A stretch of DNA of 62,052 bases, counting the filler, from Dugesia japonica (taxonomy: Eukaryota), in assembly GCA_001938525.1 (NCBI GenBank). It is 6 parts of 6 records of this genome, joined end to end, with 100 filler letters (N's around TTAATTAATTAA, not from the genome) between each part and the next. Parts side by side here need not be neighbours in the genome. Positions count along the whole stretch, not along the records: positions 52,015 to 62,052 come from MQRL01508844.1; 5 more parts are not named here. One strand, 5' to 3'. Positions 58,138 to 62,052 of the stretch are shown here, piece by piece. Each line of letters opens with the position of its first letter. Position 1 is the stretch's first letter. The position numbers and the translations under genes were made by a program. A model generated the notes under the pieces. That model saw only the letters and a list, made by a program, of their open reading frames with translations, was not told the DNA's origin and searched no databases.

Positions 58138-59229
58138 TTTCTATACACTTTTACCTAGTAATAGTAGTCCACTAGTTCGTCCAAATTATATTGCTAGTAA
58201 TTACATTGTTGAGCTTCAAAATCCAATTTATATGGGTGGTAGATAGGAAGTTGTCATGATGGATTTTACCTTTGTATATTCAGTCATGCCGATTTATAGT
58301 CAATCTAAGTTTGAATATGAATTACTTAAAGTAATTGAAAAGGAACTAATAATTGATGTTAACAATAAAGAAACAAAAGTTCTTTTAACTGTTAATTCTC
58401 AAGAAAATTATAAAAATAGCAAGAAAATAGTTATGCGATTATCAAAAGAAAACGTGTTATTATTCATTACTAGTGATATTACATTTTACAGTTTATTCTT
58501 TAATAGTCGGAAAACTTTAAAGAGATTTTCACATTTTAGCGGTGATATTGAAAGTATGGATATTAAATTAACTTTTGATACTACTAAGAATTTTGGAGAT
58601 AAAACATTTGCTCTTGGCTTTTGCAACTTTAAAAACGATGAGTACTTTCAAAATATTAGAAATAAATATTATTATTATCCGATTGTAACTAAACATTCTT
58701 TTCAATTTAAATCTGAATTTTATATAAAGGATTTAAATCAAATAAATGAATATTGTAAAAAACACCTTTCACAGTTATTTAACACGTTTAAATTAAATAA
58801 AGATGAACTATTTGAATTTATATTGGCAAACAGAACTAAAGTGATAAATTTGATAAAATCTTAACAAAATTATTAGGACTAATAGAAGCGCAATATACTC
58901 GATTACAAATTAATGATAAAAAACTACTATATAAAAGTAATAAGAAACCTAAAATATTAAAGTGTTATAATGAAATGTTCATCTATTGTAGTATTGTTGA
59001 ACCTGTAATTGTTGGTGATGTTAATGTTCCTTTATTGAAAGCAGTATGGATAAAAGAACATGAAAATGATGAAGTAGTTCAAATAATTGTTGATCATCAA
59101 ATGCATTTATCTATTTTTCATCATTTATAAACAATATAAAAATCAATATACGCCATAATAGTGGAAAACTAGTCAATTTTGCTGAAGATTCAAAAACCCA
59201 TTTAACTTTACATTTTAGAAAAATTAATA
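58138..59229 (+). pseudogene. Polinton minor capsid (penton/PZ)
   Basis: FY..LPSNSS...P......Y.V.L.NPI...G.(W)EV; MFIYC.IVEP..VGD...PLL; LTLHFR. Confidence 0.88.
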
Positions 59230-59620
59230 ATGAATCCTGATATTATATCCTTTTATAGTACTAATTAAGCAGGTGGAGAATTACCTTATTTTTTGGGAAA
59301 ACAGTATTGATCCGGTTGGTTACGAACAATAAGGAGATTTATTTTGCTTATCTTAGATGTATCGGTTCTTTTGGTATGAAAACAGCTCAAGATGTACTAG
59401 CTAATAACGGAACAATACTACCCACACTGAAATCATTCTTCATTACCCAGCAAAGTTACCAGTGTGATTCCAAAAGTAGCAGGTATATTACCGCAAAGTA
59501 TAACTAATAAAATACCATCTGAAATAACTAATATGCTATCAAATCAAGTCCAAACACCACAAAATATTAAAAAACGTAAGAAATCTCATGCATCACGTAT
59601 AAACCAACGAACGAGAGGAT
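59230..59620 (+). pseudogene. Polinton core (PX-like) protein
   Basis: Y...(Q)AGG.LPYF.G.QY(G)SGW.R...R. Confidence 0.65.
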
Positions 59621-59789
59621 TTATTTGCATGTATTTGTAGTATATAAAATAAATGCTTTATTGTCAGACAAATCTTTTGTTCTTTTTTAAATATTAAGAA
59701 AAAACTACTCAATTTATTAAACAATAAAAAATACATGTTATTTATTAAGTTTTATGAACATTTCATCCGTACCTATTATTTAAATACAT

Positions 59790-60620
59790 ACAATAGTACC
59801 ATGCATTTACGTTGTTACTATGCAAATTGTATCATCATTAACATGGTTACTATGCAAATAATACACTCAAAACCATAAATTACAAGGTTGCTATGAAAAT
59901 ATTACAAGGTAACTATGCAAAAATAAATACACTCATAAAACGTATATTACACGGTTGCTTATATTAATGAATGCAATAATGAATGCAATTTAATAATGAA
60001 TGCAATAAGGTTGCAATATGAATGCAAGACAGTAACAGATGCCTAGGAATTTTAATAAATGCAACTTAGATGCAACTCATATGTAACTTACATAAAAGGA
60101 AAATAACATGTTCTGGAATTTTAGATGCATTTTTAGAGATTTTTTAAATTGGCCACCAAAAAGAAATTTTTAAAACTCGACAATTTTTAAAAAATATGCA
60201 ATAGGTTACAGCTCAGATGCAACTCAAATTCAACACACATACATTAAAAATCACGTGCCAGGGAATTTTTTTTATAATAAATGTAATAAGTATGCAATAC
60301 ATATGCCACAAGAATGCAACATATATTCACTGAAATCACATGCCTAGGAATTTTAACTATACCATACCATGCAAAATATCAAGACTGTCCCATTTAAAGC
60401 AAAAATATGTTTTAAAAAATCAATAATGCCTCAATATCTTACAAAATTATCAAGACTGTCCAATCTGTTACAAAAATCTCAAGACTGACCCATACCATGC
60501 ATAAATATCAAGACTGCCCATATTATGCAATAATATCAAAACATTAAGACTGTCCGATATCTTACAAAATATCAAGACTGCCCGATATTTTGTTATAATA
60601 TCTTGCAAAATATCAAGAAA
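59790..60620. repeat. Degenerate short-repeat arrays (GGTTRCTATGCAAA, AATGCAA, AAAATATCAAGACTGYCC)
   Basis: About seven AAGACTG-centred copies in 60373-60618 with irregular spacing. Confidence 0.7.
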
Positions 60621-62052
60621 ATGATAAACCATTCAGATTTTTGTTGTTGGAATATATAAATAGAAAATCGTGGTTTAAACAATAAAAATCGAAAAATATA
60701 GACATTATTTATATAACAAGATTTAATTCAAAACAAATAAATTTTCTTTTGTTTGATCAATTTTGAGCGTATTTTCGAATTCGTTATTTTGATCTTCTAA
60801 AAATAAATGCAATAAACTAATGTAATAATAATCAAATAATTTACTTGAATTTGATGAAGCAGAGTGATATTTGGGCACTTCCACAAAGTTTGTGTAAATT
60901 TCCCCCTTCGATGTGCAAAAATTATAACATAAGTTTTTTATACTTTTCTAATGTAGATATGCGATGGCGCATATTTGTGTAAATTACATAATTTGATTAA
61001 TTTCATCGGCGAAATTATTACATGATGGATTAATTGGTTCGGAATTTAGGATATTCAGGTGTCGAGTAAATTTATGTGCATTACATAGCTTTTACTCGTA
61101 TTTTTAAAAGTTTACCAAATTATTTTTAAATTTAAGGCTATTTTTGTAGTAGTATTTTTCAGGCTTTTTAAACGGTAATATTTTTCCAGGCTTTTCTTTA
61201 GCCGGATTTTGATGTAATCTAACTACATTTATGTCCAATTTCACTCCGGTTTTGTCCTATTATACTCTAACTTTACTGCATTTCCCATTATTTATTCACA
61301 TTTATGAGTAATGTTTTGAATATTAATAATGACACATGGTTTATTTTATTGTCATTTACGTAAAATTACATACCATTATTAATATTTTATGATTTAATTT
61401 ATTAGATAAAGGATTTAGTCTATTATAATTGGTGTTTAATATAGGTTTTAACATAAAAAAGTTAAGTTTATGTTATGAAATAACTGTATTCCTTTTCAAT
61501 AAAATACTTCACTTTTGTTGTCTTTTCACTTTGTTTTCCTGTGTGCACCTTGGTAACCCTGTCTACACTATGGTTTTCATAGGCTTAGTTTTATTTTAAA
61601 TACCTAATTATCAGCCAATAAAATCAATATTTTGACTATAACGTGTACATAATTATATGGTTTGGTTATTGAGAATATGAGTTTCAACATTAGAAAATAA
61701 TGGCTCGTCGTTAAAAGTACTAGTTTTATCATAGAACATTTATGGACTTATTCAAAATTAAAGTTTAACATAGAAAATACTGTTTTCGTTAAAGAAAATA
61801 TTTAGTAGAGTAAATATACTCTATAATTATATTATAGGTTGTTTCGAAAAAACAGCGCTTTTTAACAAGCTCTAAAATATTCAAAATATCCAACAGAATA
61901 ATAAATATATTTATTTATATAAACAAAATGAGTTAGATATAATTTTAATGACGAATCTTAATTACTTCATAAAGGTGATTTTTAAGTGTTCAAATTCTGT
62001 AGACAGTGTCAATTTTGTCATTTTTATTTAGACAAATTTGCCAGATATTCTG

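Larger units (their letters stand above)
52057..59640. mobile_element. Polinton/Maverick element F (different lineage), decayed
   Basis: AGTAG GC-rich terminus at 52057; TBP-like gene, ATPase, GGF core protein, integrase remnant, penton and QxGG core protein. Confidence 0.82.

Noticed and set aside
60373-60618. CRISPR-like array
   Set aside because: Repeats are degenerate, spacers are short, irregular and mutually similar, there are no cas genes, and the context is eukaryotic.
61551-61561. hAT-like TIR TGGTAACCCTG
   Set aside because: No partner TIR or TSD found in the scaffold, so no element could be delimited.

Overview
Very AT-rich eukaryotic DNA. A metazoan invertebrate, possibly a flatworm, is an inference from the repeat content only. 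The window is not one locus. Five identical 100-bp artificial linkers (44 N + TTAATTAATTAA + 44 N) join six unrelated scaffolds: A 1-9762, B 9863-19931, C 20032-29098, D 29199-42642, E 42743-51914, F 52015-62052. A and B are two related, partly decayed Polinton/adintovirus-like endogenous DNA viruses. A carries a PLA2X-integrase fusion; both carry integrase, packaging ATPase, adenain protease, penton and a fibre-like gene; B also has pPolB and a second Polinton fragment nested inside it. Both are marked by short GC-rich motifs: GNA mini-hairpins at gene starts and in-frame micro-insertions. C and E are transposon debris: R2/NeSL-type RT, mariner and DD37D remnants, a hAT MITE, and a Penelope element with a minimal hammerhead ribozyme. 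D holds the most unusual element, a Ty3/gypsy retrovirus-like element. A chuvirus/gB-like fusion glycoprotein lies upstream of and in frame with PR-RT-RH-IN, and the integrase runs on into a signal peptide-FN3-like-TM protein. A catalytically dead REX4/ISG20-like exonuclease and an RNF10/Mag2-like RING ligase sit before the PPT and 3' LTR. F is a third Polinton with a TBP-like gene next to its terminus. That gene is split by a short-LTR gypsy element whose LTR-borne ATG re-opens the TBP-like frame. All homology calls come from motif recognition by eye; no searches were run.
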